Positions 48,169 to 58,532 of a stretch of DNA of 64,000 nucleotides are shown piece after piece (the stretch's first letter is position 1; every line of letters starts with the position of its first letter). This DNA is from Nitrospirales bacterium (GTDB lineage: Bacteria; Nitrospirota; Nitrospiria; Nitrospirales; UBA8639). The notes under the pieces were generated by a model that saw only the letters and a list, made by a program, of their open reading frames with translations, made no database searches and was not told where the DNA came from. The translations under genes were made by a program, and so were the position numbers. The stretch lies in the NCBI GenBank assembly GCA_963422365.1, contig OY729426.1, positions 1,824,001 through 1,888,000 of the forward strand. Reading direction: 5' to 3'.

Positions 48169-49587
48169 ATGTCGCAACCCTTTCCGTATTTACGAGCCAT
48201 TGTCGTAACGCTTTCTGTCCCCTGTTGGTTGAGCGGGTGCGTCCCATCTCCTGCCCCTGACTTGGGAGTACAGGCGTTACACAACCAAACCGAGAAGCGC
48301 TCATTACAGCAAGCGGAATTCACGTTTCTTCGAGGTGACTATTCGGCTGCGGTTCTCTTACTCAATCGGTTTTTACGCACTCATCCCCAATCTCCTCGAT
48401 CGCTGGAAGCACGCTGGTGGTTAGCCCGAGCGTACCAAGAGGCAGGAAAGTTGTCTTCTGCCGTTGAACACTTTCGCTTTTTAGCCACCACGCCGATTCC
48501 GAATCCGTATCAGACTGAAGCCCAGCTTCGTATGACACAACTTGTGGACAGGCTAGGGGAGTCGATGACGAATGCATCTATAACAGGGATCTTGGTTTCG
48601 CTTGGCTCTGTCCAAACGCCCAGTGATTTGGATTCTGTGATTTTAACAAATCAAGCAATCGAAGGGTCCATGATTTTTTTGGATGTCCCATGCGGCGTCG
48701 ATGGAAACGTGTTGGGCACCGGACAACCTTTCTCTCTTGAGACGATGCATGCCGCCATTCAGCATCTACATGCTCAAGGAGTTGCGGTGTACCTTGGGGT
48801 GACCCTCAGGTGTTTGGGATGTTTTGCCCAGGATCAGCCGAACACATTGGAATCTTGGAAAGATTGGGAATATGACCCACAGTCAAGAAGGCTACGACGT
48901 TCACCCTATTACTCATTGAATTTTTGGAGCTACCGGGCATTTCTTGTGGAGTGGATCGCTCAGCTTCGCGATCTTCCGCTAACCGGTCTGGTGTTCCGCA
49001 ATGAGGTTCCTGTGGGCATGTATGAAGGGCTTAGTCCATTAGCCGCACGGTTATTTGCCCAAGAATTCGGTGTGGATTTTCACCCGGTTGGTCTGTTTCA
49101 CGAAGATCGATCCGGGCTCACGACTGATTCTAATTCCGGCGTTCAACTCCCTGCGGTGTTTTGGAAATGGGCTGGGTGGAAAGCTCGGGAACGGCTCCGA
49201 ATTCTCCAGAACTTGGTTCAGACCTTGCGCGTTCGTCTCCCCCGTTTTCAGTTTGGGATAGAGGTGCAACTCCAAAGTGTTGCCGACCCCGTTCAAGGGT
49301 TGGTGTCTTTTGCTGAAGATTGGGGTGATATCGCGCGTGGCCCTTTCGATATGTTTTTCGTCATGGTAGAAGGACCGGATCCTCCATTCCTCCATGTCAT
49401 GTCTCAAGGTTCGCCACCGGGATTTTCTGAAGATTGGGCGGTTTCTGTTATGCCTATGGTTCAACACCTGGGGAAACCTGAAAAAATCTGGACCCTTTTG
49501 CCTGGACCGGCCACTCAAGCACGTAGACAGTCGTGGGTTCTTCCCGAAGAAGTCGGCCGTATCTATGACCATCGCGGGCTTCCTTGA
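48169..49587 (+). CDS. Lipoprotein with TPR repeats and a possible glycoside-hydrolase-like domain
   Basis: Lipobox LSGC, BamD/YfiO-like TPR helices, C-terminal alpha/beta region with W..WK motif. Confidence 0.65.
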   Translation: MSQPFPYLRAIVVTLSVPCWLSGCVPSPAPDLGVQALHNQTEKRSLQQAEFTFLRGDYSAAVLLLNRFLRTHPQSPRSLEARWWLARAYQEAGKLSSAVEHFRFLATTPIPNPYQTEAQLRMTQLVDRLGESMTNASITGILVSLGSVQTPSDLDSVILTNQAIEGSMIFLDVPCGVDGNVLGTGQPFSLETMHAAIQHLHAQGVAVYLGVTLRCLGCFAQDQPNTLESWKDWEYDPQSRRLRRSPYYSLNFWSYRAFLVEWIAQLRDLPLTGLVFRNEVPVGMYEGLSPLAARLFAQEFGVDFHPVGLFHEDRSGLTTDSNSGVQLPAVFWKWAGWKARERLRILQNLVQTLRVRLPRFQFGIEVQLQSVADPVQGLVSFAEDWGDIARGPFDMFFVMVEGPDPPFLHVMSQGSPPGFSEDWAVSVMPMVQHLGKPEKIWTLLPGPATQARRQSWVLPEEVGRIYDHRGLP

Positions 49588-49679
49588 CAAATGTCCTCCC
49601 CGCATTTAAAAAATTTTCTCCAACCCCGTCTCCGATATTTTTAATCGGGAAACGTCTTGCGGGAAAAGAAGGAGTAGGA

Positions 49680-50063
49680 ATGATTCCTGAAGATTTACGG
49701 TATCACGAAGAACATGAGTGGGTGCGGCTTGATGGACTGCGAGCTAGATTGGGGATCAGCGATTTTGCCCAGGACGCCTTGGGCGATGTCGTGTTTGTGG
49801 ATTTGCCAAAAGTCGGTGCCGAGTTGAATGTGAATGAGGAAATTGGCGAGGTCGAATCAACCAAATCGACTTCCAATCTGTACTCGCCGGTGAGTGGAAA
49901 AATCATAGCAGTGAATGCCGAATTACAAGATCACCCTGAATACCTAAACCAAGATCCCTATGGGAAAGGGTGGATCGCGGTTATTGCCTTAGCAAATCCT
50001 GCCGATGTTGAAGCATTGATGACGGCTTCGCAGTACGAGGAATTTCTTTCCTCGCAGCGTTAA
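49680..50063 (+). CDS. gcvH: Glycine cleavage system H protein
   Basis: Y..EHEWV, GISDFAQ..LGD, lipoyl-Lys EVESTK, N.DPYG.GW; RBS AGGAG. Confidence 0.96.
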   Translation: MIPEDLRYHEEHEWVRLDGLRARLGISDFAQDALGDVVFVDLPKVGAELNVNEEIGEVESTKSTSNLYSPVSGKIIAVNAELQDHPEYLNQDPYGKGWIAVIALANPADVEALMTASQYEEFLSSQR

Positions 50064-51469
50064 TGTCTCCTCTGCAACATATTGCCATTCTCGGTGCAGG
50101 CCCGGGTGGATACGTGGCGGCTATTCGTGCGGCCCAACTCGGTGCCAAAGTCACGCTGATTGAAAGCCAGGCGCTGGGTGGGGTATGTCTCAATTGGGGC
50201 TGCATTCCCAGCAAGGCGTTGTTGTCGGTCATTGAATTGGGAGAAAAACTGAAGAAGGCTCACGATCTGGGTCTGGAACTCTCTCATCCTCCTACGTACG
50301 CCCCAGTGCAGATGGTTGCGAGAAAGAATCGAATCGTCAAGGGGCTGGTCAATGGGATTGCTACGCTGTTGAAACATTGGAGCGTGTCGCACATCCAAGG
50401 AACGGGACGACTGGTGAATGACCAAACGGTGCAGGTGTCCCTTGCCGATGGCGATGAAACGTCGATCCAAGCCGATGGCGTTATCATTGCTACGGGTTCA
50501 TCGTCGCCGGCGCTTCCGATGTTTCCTGTGGATGGCTATGACATTATGACGAGTAAGGAAGCCTTGGAGATCCCCCGAATACCCGAGCGATTGCTCATCA
50601 TCGGTGGGGGAGTCGAAGGCTGTGAATGTGCTTCCCTGTACGCCGGCTTGGGGGCGCAAGTGACTATTGTGGAAATGCTGCCTCACTTGTTGCCGTTAGA
50701 AGATGAAGAGATCTCGGCTTTGATTGAACGTGAACTGAAAAAACGCAAAGTGCGAATGATTGTTGGAAACTCAGTGGAGCGCGTTGAAAAAACGGATTTG
50801 GGAATGACAGCGAATTTGGCCAATGGGCAGCAACTGGGTTGTGATGCGATTTTGGTCTCGGTGGGACGACGCGTTAATACAAAAGGAATTGGGTTGGAAG
50901 CCGTTGGCGTGAAACTTGGAAGCAAAGGTGAAATTGAAGTCAACGATCATCTGGAAACGAATGTGCCGGGCGTCTATGCCATTGGTGACGTGGTGGGAAA
51001 GGCGATGTTGGCACACGTGGCGTCGGCACAAGGCAAAGTCGCTGTGGACAATATTGTTGGAAATTCCAAAGCCATGAATTATGCTGTGGTGCCGGCAGGT
51101 ATCTTTACGTTGCCGGAGATCGGGCGGGTCGGATTGACCGAACAGCAAATTCGTGAACAAGGAGTTTCCCCTAAGATCGGACGCTATCGGTATAGTACCT
51201 TAGGCAAGGCCCATGCAGTCGGGGACACAGTCGGGCTGGTGAAGATTTTGGCTGACCCTCAAACGGATCGTGTGCTGGGAGCTCATCTGGTCGGGACTCA
51301 TGCAGCGGATTTGGTTCATGAGGCGGCACTGGCCATGCATCTGAATGCCACGGCCACATGTGTCGCGGACATGATTCATGCGCATCCCACTCATGCTGAA
51401 GCCTTGATGGAAGCAACAGAGGACGTCGAAGGCATGGCAATTCATTTGGCCAGGAAACGATCACGATGA
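50063..51469 (+). CDS. lpdA: Dihydrolipoamide dehydrogenase
   Basis: GAGPGGY, GGVCLNWGCIPSK, MLAHVAS, HAHPT..E. Confidence 0.95.
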   Translation: MSPLQHIAILGAGPGGYVAAIRAAQLGAKVTLIESQALGGVCLNWGCIPSKALLSVIELGEKLKKAHDLGLELSHPPTYAPVQMVARKNRIVKGLVNGIATLLKHWSVSHIQGTGRLVNDQTVQVSLADGDETSIQADGVIIATGSSSPALPMFPVDGYDIMTSKEALEIPRIPERLLIIGGGVEGCECASLYAGLGAQVTIVEMLPHLLPLEDEEISALIERELKKRKVRMIVGNSVERVEKTDLGMTANLANGQQLGCDAILVSVGRRVNTKGIGLEAVGVKLGSKGEIEVNDHLETNVPGVYAIGDVVGKAMLAHVASAQGKVAVDNIVGNSKAMNYAVVPAGIFTLPEIGRVGLTEQQIREQGVSPKIGRYRYSTLGKAHAVGDTVGLVKILADPQTDRVLGAHLVGTHAADLVHEAALAMHLNATATCVADMIHAHPTHAEALMEATEDVEGMAIHLARKRSR

Positions 51470-51906
51470 TGAGGTGGTCGGTAAAAAAATGGTCGGCGGC
51501 ATGCTCATTTGGAGTCAAACTCTTGCTTCTTGGCGGGACCCTGGTTTTTCTGTCTCTTGCAGGTTTCTTGCAAAGTCCGTCTGAGTCTACGCAATCTGAA
51601 GCATTGCCCGTGCCGCAAGCCGGTAGTGAACCGTCGTTGGGACGGCTTTTAGAGGAGAGTCCCGTGACGGTCGATGCGGTTGGTCGTGTCGATATTAATC
51701 GTAGTTCGGTAGAGGAACTACAGAGTTTACCGGGAATTGGGCCGGTCCTCGCTAATCGTATTCTTCGATATCGAAATGAAAATCAGAATTTTATGTCAAT
51801 TCAGGATATTCGAAACGTGAAGGGTATTGGTGTGAAACGGTTTGCACGACTTCGGCCTTACATTCGCGTTGCTCAGGAAGAAACATCATCTAACGAATAC
51901 TTTTGA
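51466..51906 (+). CDS. comEA: ComEA family HhH DNA-binding protein
   Basis: N-terminal TM, VDIN....EELQSLPGIGP, VKGIG. Confidence 0.85.
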   Translation: MMRWSVKKWSAACSFGVKLLLLGGTLVFLSLAGFLQSPSESTQSEALPVPQAGSEPSLGRLLEESPVTVDAVGRVDINRSSVEELQSLPGIGPVLANRILRYRNENQNFMSIQDIRNVKGIGVKRFARLRPYIRVAQEETSSNEYF

Positions 51907-51933
51907 TATGTGTTTCAGAATGTTGGGAATTTG

Positions 51934-53157
51934 ATGGCAGATCAAGAATTGAGACGGCAGCTTCATCTTATCACGCGCGGGGCTGTTGAGATTATACAGC
52001 AGCGTGAACTCGAAGATCGGGTGAAGGCTTCGCTCAAGGAGGGGAGACCGTTGCGGGTGAAGGCTGGATTTGATCCCACCGCGCCAGACCTTCATCTTGG
52101 CCATATCGTTCTGATCCAGAAGCTTCGTCATTTTCAGGAACTTGGGCATGAAGTCATTTTTTTGATCGGGGATTTTACCGGCATGATCGGTGACCCGACC
52201 GGCGTCTCTGAAACAAGGAAGGTTTTGACCAAGGGTCAAGTATCGGCCAACGCGAAGACGTACGAGCGACAAATTTTTAAAACATTAGACCCTCAGAAAA
52301 CGCGTATTGAGTTTAATAGCCGCTGGATGCAAGACATGCGTGCCCAAGAAGTGATTGAATTGTGTTCGCACTCTAGCTTGGCGCGCATGTTGGAACGGGA
52401 CGATTTTTCCAAGCGCTATCGAGATCAAAAACCCATCAGCGTCCATGAATTTTTATATCCGTTGGTACAGGGCTATGATTCCGTGGCGCTCAAGGCGGAC
52501 ATTGAACTGGGTGGGACTGATCAAACGTTTAATTTGCTCGTGGGGCGAGATCTTCAGCGCGATTGGGGACAAGTCCCCCAAGTGGTCATGACGATGCCGT
52601 TACTGGAAGGTACGGATGGTGTGCGAAAGATGAGTAAAAGTTTTGGAAACTCTATTGCCTTGGAAGATGCTCCCTCGGATATGTTCGGCAAAATCATGTC
52701 GATTAGCGATGATCTGATGTTTCGGTACTATGAGTTGCTGACCTCCGATGACCTCGATGTGGTCAAGCAACGCCATCCCAAGGAAGCGAAACTTGCTTTA
52801 GCAGAAGCTCTCGTGGTGCGGTATCATGGGGCAGATGCCGGGCAACAAGCCAAGGATGACTTTGAGCAGAAATTTCACAGGCGAGAGTTTCCTGAACAGC
52901 CTGATGTCACGGTTGTGTTAACGGCAGCGGATTTTTCAGATCAGGGAAATTCCTCGATCGGGTTGTTGGATCTCCTCATGCGAACGGGGTTGTTGCCAAG
53001 CAAGGGGGAAGCGCGTCGCTTGATTACTCAAGGTGCCGTGGTCATTAATCAAGAACGCTGTCAAGATAGTCATGCGGTTCTGCCGTTACAGTCGAACGAG
53101 TCGTACCAAATGAAAATTGGTAAACGGAAATATGTGTTGGTGCAGGTGAAGATTTAG
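51934..53157 (+). CDS. tyrS: Tyrosine--tRNA ligase
   Basis: [19 protein letters not shown]-terminal S4 domain ending IGKRKY. Confidence 0.97.
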   Translation: MADQELRRQLHLITRGAVEIIQQRELEDRVKASLKEGRPLRVKAGFDPTAPDLHLGHIVLIQKLRHFQELGHEVIFLIGDFTGMIGDPTGVSETRKVLTKGQVSANAKTYERQIFKTLDPQKTRIEFNSRWMQDMRAQEVIELCSHSSLARMLERDDFSKRYRDQKPISVHEFLYPLVQGYDSVALKADIELGGTDQTFNLLVGRDLQRDWGQVPQVVMTMPLLEGTDGVRKMSKSFGNSIALEDAPSDMFGKIMSISDDLMFRYYELLTSDDLDVVKQRHPKEAKLALAEALVVRYHGADAGQQAKDDFEQKFHRREFPEQPDVTVVLTAADFSDQGNSSIGLLDLLMRTGLLPSKGEARRLITQGAVVINQERCQDSHAVLPLQSNESYQMKIGKRKYVLVQVKI

Positions 53158-53260
53158 AGTACGGCAAACGCAAATACGCCTTGACTCATTGAAGCAGGGG
53201 AGGGCCTAGTATCAACTTTGAACCGCGACAATAGTCAATATCGCGCCAAAAGCGCCTTAA

Positions 53261-53303
53261 TAACTGATATGAGGCAAACTGTCTCATAATCGGTTTGTTA
53301 CGC
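53261..53303. other. attC-like imperfect hairpin upstream of a cassette-like gene
   Basis: TAAC-TGATATGAGGCA-AAC-TGTCTCATAATCGGTTT-GTTACGC. Confidence 0.35.
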
Positions 53304-53332
53304 CCTCAAATACCCACAACAAAGGATTCCAT

Positions 53333-53847
53333 ATGGAAGTATTAACTCTGATAGCAATTTTCTTTGCCCCCATTGTTGCGGTACAAGTTAGTCAGTTCCT
53401 AGATAGAAAACGCCAGAAAAAGTCAGGAAAGGAATGGGTTTTCAAAACACTAATGAGAACAAGAGCCACTACGCTCAACCCGACCCATATTGAAGCACTA
53501 AACATGATTGATGTGGAGTTCTACGGAAATAACAAGAACGATAAGGCGGTTGTCGCAGCATGGAAGCCGTATCTGGACAACCTTGGTGACATAACGACGC
53601 AAAAGGATGTCAGATACGCAAAAAGAAAAGATTTGTTCCTTGATCTTCTCTACTCAATGGCAAAAACCTTGTCATATGATTTCGACAAAGAACATATTAA
53701 AAATGCCAGCTACATTCCTCAGGGGCATATGTCTATAGAGAAAACAAGCAAATGTTAATTCGTAAGGGGCTATTAGGCGTTTTTAGCGGTGATTTGGCCG
53801 TTCCAATTTGCGTCACTAAAGCAATGAGTCAGCCTAGCAAGATCTAG
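53333..53847 (+). pseudogene. DUF6680-like protein, AT-rich, frameshifted near the C-terminus
   Basis: PIVAVQ, FKTLMRTR, HIEALNMIDVEF, YIPQG motifs; after about 53745 the frame QMLIRKGLLGVFSGDLAVPI continues to TAG 53847. Confidence 0.6.
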
Positions 53848-53848
53848 C

Positions 53849-54907
53849 TTGGTAGCAACGTTGAACCGCGGCCATAGTGTTTATCAACCATCGTACATTG
53901 CCCCGGGAGTTTTATAGTTGAATTGTTTGCGGGTTCTGGAATGAATTTTGGCCGTAATTGCGCCGCATGGTTGTTGAGTGAGCCATCGATTGGAGACCCC
54001 TTGGGCACAGGTAGGTACTGACGGATCAGTCCGTTACCCTTTTCGTGACTGCCCCTCTCCCATGAGTAGTGAGGAGTGGCAAAGTAAAAAATGCACATCA
54101 CAAGCTTTCTCCATGTTTCGCGGTACGGATGACAGTCTGTCCCATGATGGCTGTGATGGGTTTTGTAAGCTGAAGCGTTGCGCCTGATAAGCGCGAGGGT
54201 CTTTTTATTGAATGCGGCTGTTGATTGGTCGGGCAGCCTGCCAATTTGAACAAAGCCTGTTTTTCGTTCCAGCACTGTAACGATGCAATCCGAAGAGGTG
54301 TTACCCATGACAGTATCAATCTCCCCGTGGCCTTTCTATCTGCGGGTTGCGACCCTTGCAGGTCGCTCGGAGATATGCCGCTTATCAGCCAAGTCGGCGG
54401 CAGCTGCTGTCGTAGGCCAGGGAGCGCTTACGGCGCTGCGCAGCGCCGGTTGGTCCACAAGTTCCTGCCAGATGTCTTGATCAATGGTTTCGTGAGAGCA
54501 TACCCATCCCTCGGGTCACCCTGGCTGGCCGACAATTTGCTCAGGGCTCCACGGCTTACGTAATAACTTTCGGATCATGACAAAGCCTTCATGTGTGTCG
54601 TGCTTGTTTCTTCGTGATCGTCACCTCCTGGCAAACGGTTACCGGTCCGCTTAAGCGCCATTGATGTGATGCAGCTATTCTTGTCAAATTTGTGGTCTAT
54701 CCTGCTCCGGTTGCGCCCTGTGTGATTGACTATTGTGTGACAGACTCTCTTTGTTTCCTAAGCGCAGCTATTAGATACCTCTCTTGTGAGGTGATCTGCT
54801 ACTACTTTATCGGTCTGATTCACTTCTTGGCGGGAGCGAAAAAGATCTGATATTGCCGATCACCTCCTTTAACAAGAAATTTGTCGCGTTTGGTATATGA
54901 ATTCGGC
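53849..54907 (-). mobile_element. Decayed IS30 family insertion sequence
   Basis: Broken transposase (ITSQERYLIAALRKQ, VLERKTGF, YFATPHYSWERGSHEKGNGLIRQYLP); IS30-like 26 bp ends at 53849-53874 and 54882-54907; 1059 bp. Confidence 0.85.
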
Positions 54908-54977
54908 AGGTGAAAGAGTTGCCTCTTCCTGACATCATGAGCCTCAAGCAAGGCCGCGTGTTCGAGATGTTCCATCC

Positions 54978-55006
54978 TTGACTTGCTTCTACGCCCTGCC
55001 TAGAAT
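54978..55006 (+). promoter_or_regulatory. Sigma70 promoter of tRNA-Gly
   Basis: TTGACT-N17-TAGAAT, 22 nt before the tRNA. Confidence 0.7.
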
Positions 55007-55028
55007 GAATTCCCTTTTATGATTGTGA

Positions 55029-55103
55029 GCGGGTGTAGCGCAGTGGTAGCGCATCGGCTTCCCAAGCCGTTGGTCGGGAGTTCGAATCTCCTCACCCGCT
55101 CCA
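55029..55103 (+). tRNA. tRNA-Gly (anticodon CCC)
   Basis: Acceptor GCGGGTG/CACCCGC, D arm GCGC/GCGC, anticodon loop TTCCCAA, T loop TTCGAAT, U discriminator, encoded CCA. Confidence 0.96.
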
Positions 55104-55249
55104 CTCTCACCGTTTTGAATGGTTCAGCAGGAGGAAAGTTTCCTCTACCTTGTAGAGGCGCCCGCTTTATTTCGCTGTCTACGAGCTTGCCTTTCCTCAG
55201 AAATTTGCTGCAGAAATTTCCCGGATCTAGAGGAGTTCCTTGAAACGCC

Positions 55250-56050
55250 TGTCCGCGTTTGGTTCAGTTTGTTAACTCCAGTTTTTTCAACGCCTCTCTC
55301 AGGATGCGTGCGGCGACGTCGGTTTCGCTATTTAGCGGCGAGGCGGCAGAGTCGACGTTCAGGGCTTTTCTGAGCACAGTGCCATTGATGCTAAAGGACG
55401 CGAAGACGCAACTTCCGGCGAGGCGGCGGAAAAAACTATTGGGGACTACGCTGCAGACACCATCATAGTCTTGGATCTGCAAAGGCTTAATCCTGACACT
55501 CACGACGGCTACACCCTGTACGCCAGCGACCGCAAGCGGATGGCACTGGGCGACAACCGGCTGTACTGGTTCCAGACGCCGCCGCCAGAGGATAAACCGC
55601 GACCCTTCCGATTCTCGCTGTTTTCCTGCCATAGGCCTTACGCGGTGAGCAACCTGTTCGAGAAACGCACTGACGTGATGAATCTCGACATATGGAATTT
55701 CCTTGATGCCACCCTGCTGCGCCACACGGACGAGGTGGATCGGGTAATCGCCGGTGTCGATCAGTGCTACAGCGATGGAGTACCAACCTTGGACATCCGG
55801 TAACGTCTGAACCGGACGATGCGGAAGGAAAATGAGCGGGGTCTGTGCCGGACAAAGAGGTGATGCTCAGTTGGTAAAGGAATATCGACTGTGGCTACTG
55901 GGGCTTTGAGAGTGTCCAGCGGGTCTTTGCGGCTTTTCCACCTACATGATCTGGGACGACCAGGAGATCGGCGATAGCTGGGGCTCCTCCTGCTTCCGCT
56001 CAAAGAAAAAACCCAACAGCCTGCACGCGACCGAGCGTGCGACCTTAAGG
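55250..56050 (+). pseudogene. PhoD-like metallophosphatase remnant
   Basis: Fragments FRFSLFSCHRPY, IAGVDQCYSDG and MIWDDQEIGDSWGS across several frames with stops; boundaries approximate. Confidence 0.65.
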
Positions 56051-56139
56051 GAAGAGCTGTTTACAGCAGCCGCAAAAGGCATCAGGGTCGCCATCCTGAG
56101 CGGTGCCGTCCATGTCTCTGCGGTTTTTGTCCTAAGTGC

Positions 56140-57300
56140 CGTCATGTTGGCGAAGAGCCACCTGTTCTAACGGCCGCGTTGGCATAATCGTCGGCTCCAT
56201 CGTGGTCTTCGGATTCGGTGCTACGATAGTCATCACGCTCCTTGTGTTGTTTGGGGTACTTGCCGGAAGTCAAAAAGAAAGATCTCGGCCGGCTGTTTAC
56301 GCTCATCGTCGTGGAACTGTTCTATGTGGCGATCTGGCTGTTATTCCAGTCTCCGAAGTTGGCTTTTGAGCCTGAGTTGCCCGCCGAAGTCTACATGTTC
56401 AACCGTGACGGGGAATCTGTTCCGCGCATGGATTTGAAACTTGGTGGAAACACGAAACGTACCTTCAATGCCTATGTCGGAGGTAACGTTCGATGTCCCT
56501 CGAGACCTAGAGATCGCCTCGAACAGCGATCATCTCTTGGTGAAGAGCCAGCGTGCCGATCACCAACTCGCTACAATCAGGGTTGACAATCTGTCTCAGA
56601 AGATTCTCGACAGGTGACTTCGATCGACCGTCACTTGGTAACGGTCAAGTATGCCGACGATTGTTTGGACTTTGCAACATGCAAGAAACGCAGGGATTTA
56701 TCCCAATCGATCTTCCGCCTTACATGGGTGCTTCGATCGGGGCAGTCAAACTTCGCACAGCAACAGTCGGCAACAGTCAAGCTCTTCCACTTGCAACAGG
56801 ACCTGCAGATTTGTGAGATGTTTCTGCTGCGGGTGGACACGATAAAAAAGCATCACCCGAAAGAAAATCGGTACCCGAAATCGGAGACATCTACCAATCC
56901 ATGCGTGGGCCTGTTGAACTTAGATGTGAGCAATGCAAGGCCGTCTATGGGCAGTCGTTGATGTTACCTGCTGCGATCTCTGAGCCTAAGCGACGTGAAT
57001 CCCGGAACAAATTTCTTTAAGCGAGGTGTCAAGCAAGCTGCAGACCTTGCCCAACATCTCGCTTGGACCGATCTCACGTCACTGCCAGGCAAGGTGAAGA
57101 TGAGCTTTTATCCATGTCGAAAGCTGGAAAATTCGAACTCCTTCCCGTTGGGCTCGAGCATAGGCTCTTATCGGGCAGCGACGCCATTCAGGAGACGTTT
57201 CAGTGTCCGGCCTAGACTATCAAGAATCCGTAGAGGAGACACAGGAACTGCTGTATGCAGCGTGAAGCCAGAAAGTATCTATCTGAGCCATTGCCTTAAA
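56140..57300 (+). pseudogene. Fragmented hypothetical membrane protein
   Basis: Hydrophobic helices and protein-like segments in successive overlapping short ORFs; boundaries approximate. Confidence 0.3.
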
Positions 57301-57346
57301 AGTATCTTCCCAGGAAAATTGAAACCGGTACAACGGGGTCCGACAG

Positions 57347-57532
57347 TCAGGCATGACCGAATTGTCCGTCATGACCGTCAGGGGAGAGTCCTACTGACTG
57401 GTCGTTCAATGAATTACCGCCAAATTCTTGCGCCATGAGGGTGCTGATCACTTGATTGAGTCGGTTATTGACCTCTTCCTCAGAGACGTGATCGGGAACT
57501 TGGATATTGAAAACAATTTGGACATTTTTCAT
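57347..57532 (-). CDS. Small hypothetical protein
   Basis: RBS GAGGGAG, MKNVQIVFNIQVPDHVSEEEV, 61 aa. Confidence 0.45.
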   Translation of the reverse strand: MKNVQIVFNIQVPDHVSEEEVNNRLNQVISTLMAQEFGGNSLNDQSVGLSPDGHDGQFGHA

Positions 57533-57967
57533 AAATGTACAGACTCCCTCTTCAGTGCGTGCCGTGACGATTCTCTTTGTATCGCAGTTTCCTTCTTGGC
57601 TTTGTACACTTCTTCATCATTAGTTTGCAATGGTCATAGGGATAGGAACCATGGTTTTTGTGATAGAACGGATGTTGCGCCGTCCTCCTTTTGTGGATAA
57701 ATGCGTTGATCTTCTGTTCCCTTGGCCTGTGTCGTCTTGGTATACTTTTTTCATGATGGCGCTCTACCCTAGCTGCCGACATCCTATGTCTTGGAATCGC
57801 AATCACTTTCATCCGTTCTACTCAGAACGATATCGAGTCGTTGATCTTGGGGCTTGGCCCAATGCCGAATATCAGGTTCCTGAAAATTTTCAACGGTCTA
57901 TGTCCATTCCAGTAGAGGAGTCTTTCTCAAAAGATTCGTAACCCGGTTTTTCGAATCGAGGTGTCTC

Positions 57968-58510
57968 ATGGGAAAAATTATCACGGCTCAACGAAAAGAG
58001 AATGTAGCGCAACTCGCCGAAAACTATATCCGCACCTATATTTTATTTCCATCGGGACTGCTGGGCCTGTTGGCCATGATCATCGGAATCCTCGCGTTGG
58101 TGTATCAATTATTTCTTGAAACCTATGATGAGTGGACGTTTCTCACAAGTTCTGGGCTGATGGTGGCCGGCATTCTGCTCGGGTGGGGACAAACACGCTA
58201 TCACCGTTATCTGTTTCGAGAATTCCCTGAATTTTGGGCAAGCCGAATGAGATCTTCCCATACTCGTGGAGTGCAACGACTCAAAAAAGCTAAAGCTTCG
58301 GTAGAAGTGGAGTTACAGCACGCCGGTCGGAGTTTGGTGCCGTTCGCCTATGTGTTGGGGATTGGGTGTTTAATCGGGCTTTCAGCCTGGAGTCTTCACT
58401 CCGGGTCATTGGACTACATGGCAGCGTTTGCATTGCCGTGGGCAGGGTTCTTTTGGGGCAAGTTGTTTACCTGGCGGTCGGTCATTCCTCCTTTGACGAG
58501 CAAAAAGTAA
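57968..58510 (+). CDS. Hypothetical membrane protein (about four TM helices)
   Basis: RBS GAGGTG; four hydrophobic segments. Confidence 0.75.
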   Translation: MGKIITAQRKENVAQLAENYIRTYILFPSGLLGLLAMIIGILALVYQLFLETYDEWTFLTSSGLMVAGILLGWGQTRYHRYLFREFPEFWASRMRSSHTRGVQRLKKAKASVEVELQHAGRSLVPFAYVLGIGCLIGLSAWSLHSGSLDYMAAFALPWAGFFWGKLFTWRSVIPPLTSKK

Positions 58511-58532
58511 GCCGTCTTTCTTGGTCAGTTCT

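Noticed and set aside
55104..58000. attR duplicate of the tRNA-Gly 3' end
   Set aside because: No convincing copy of CTCACCCGCTCCA seen downstream.
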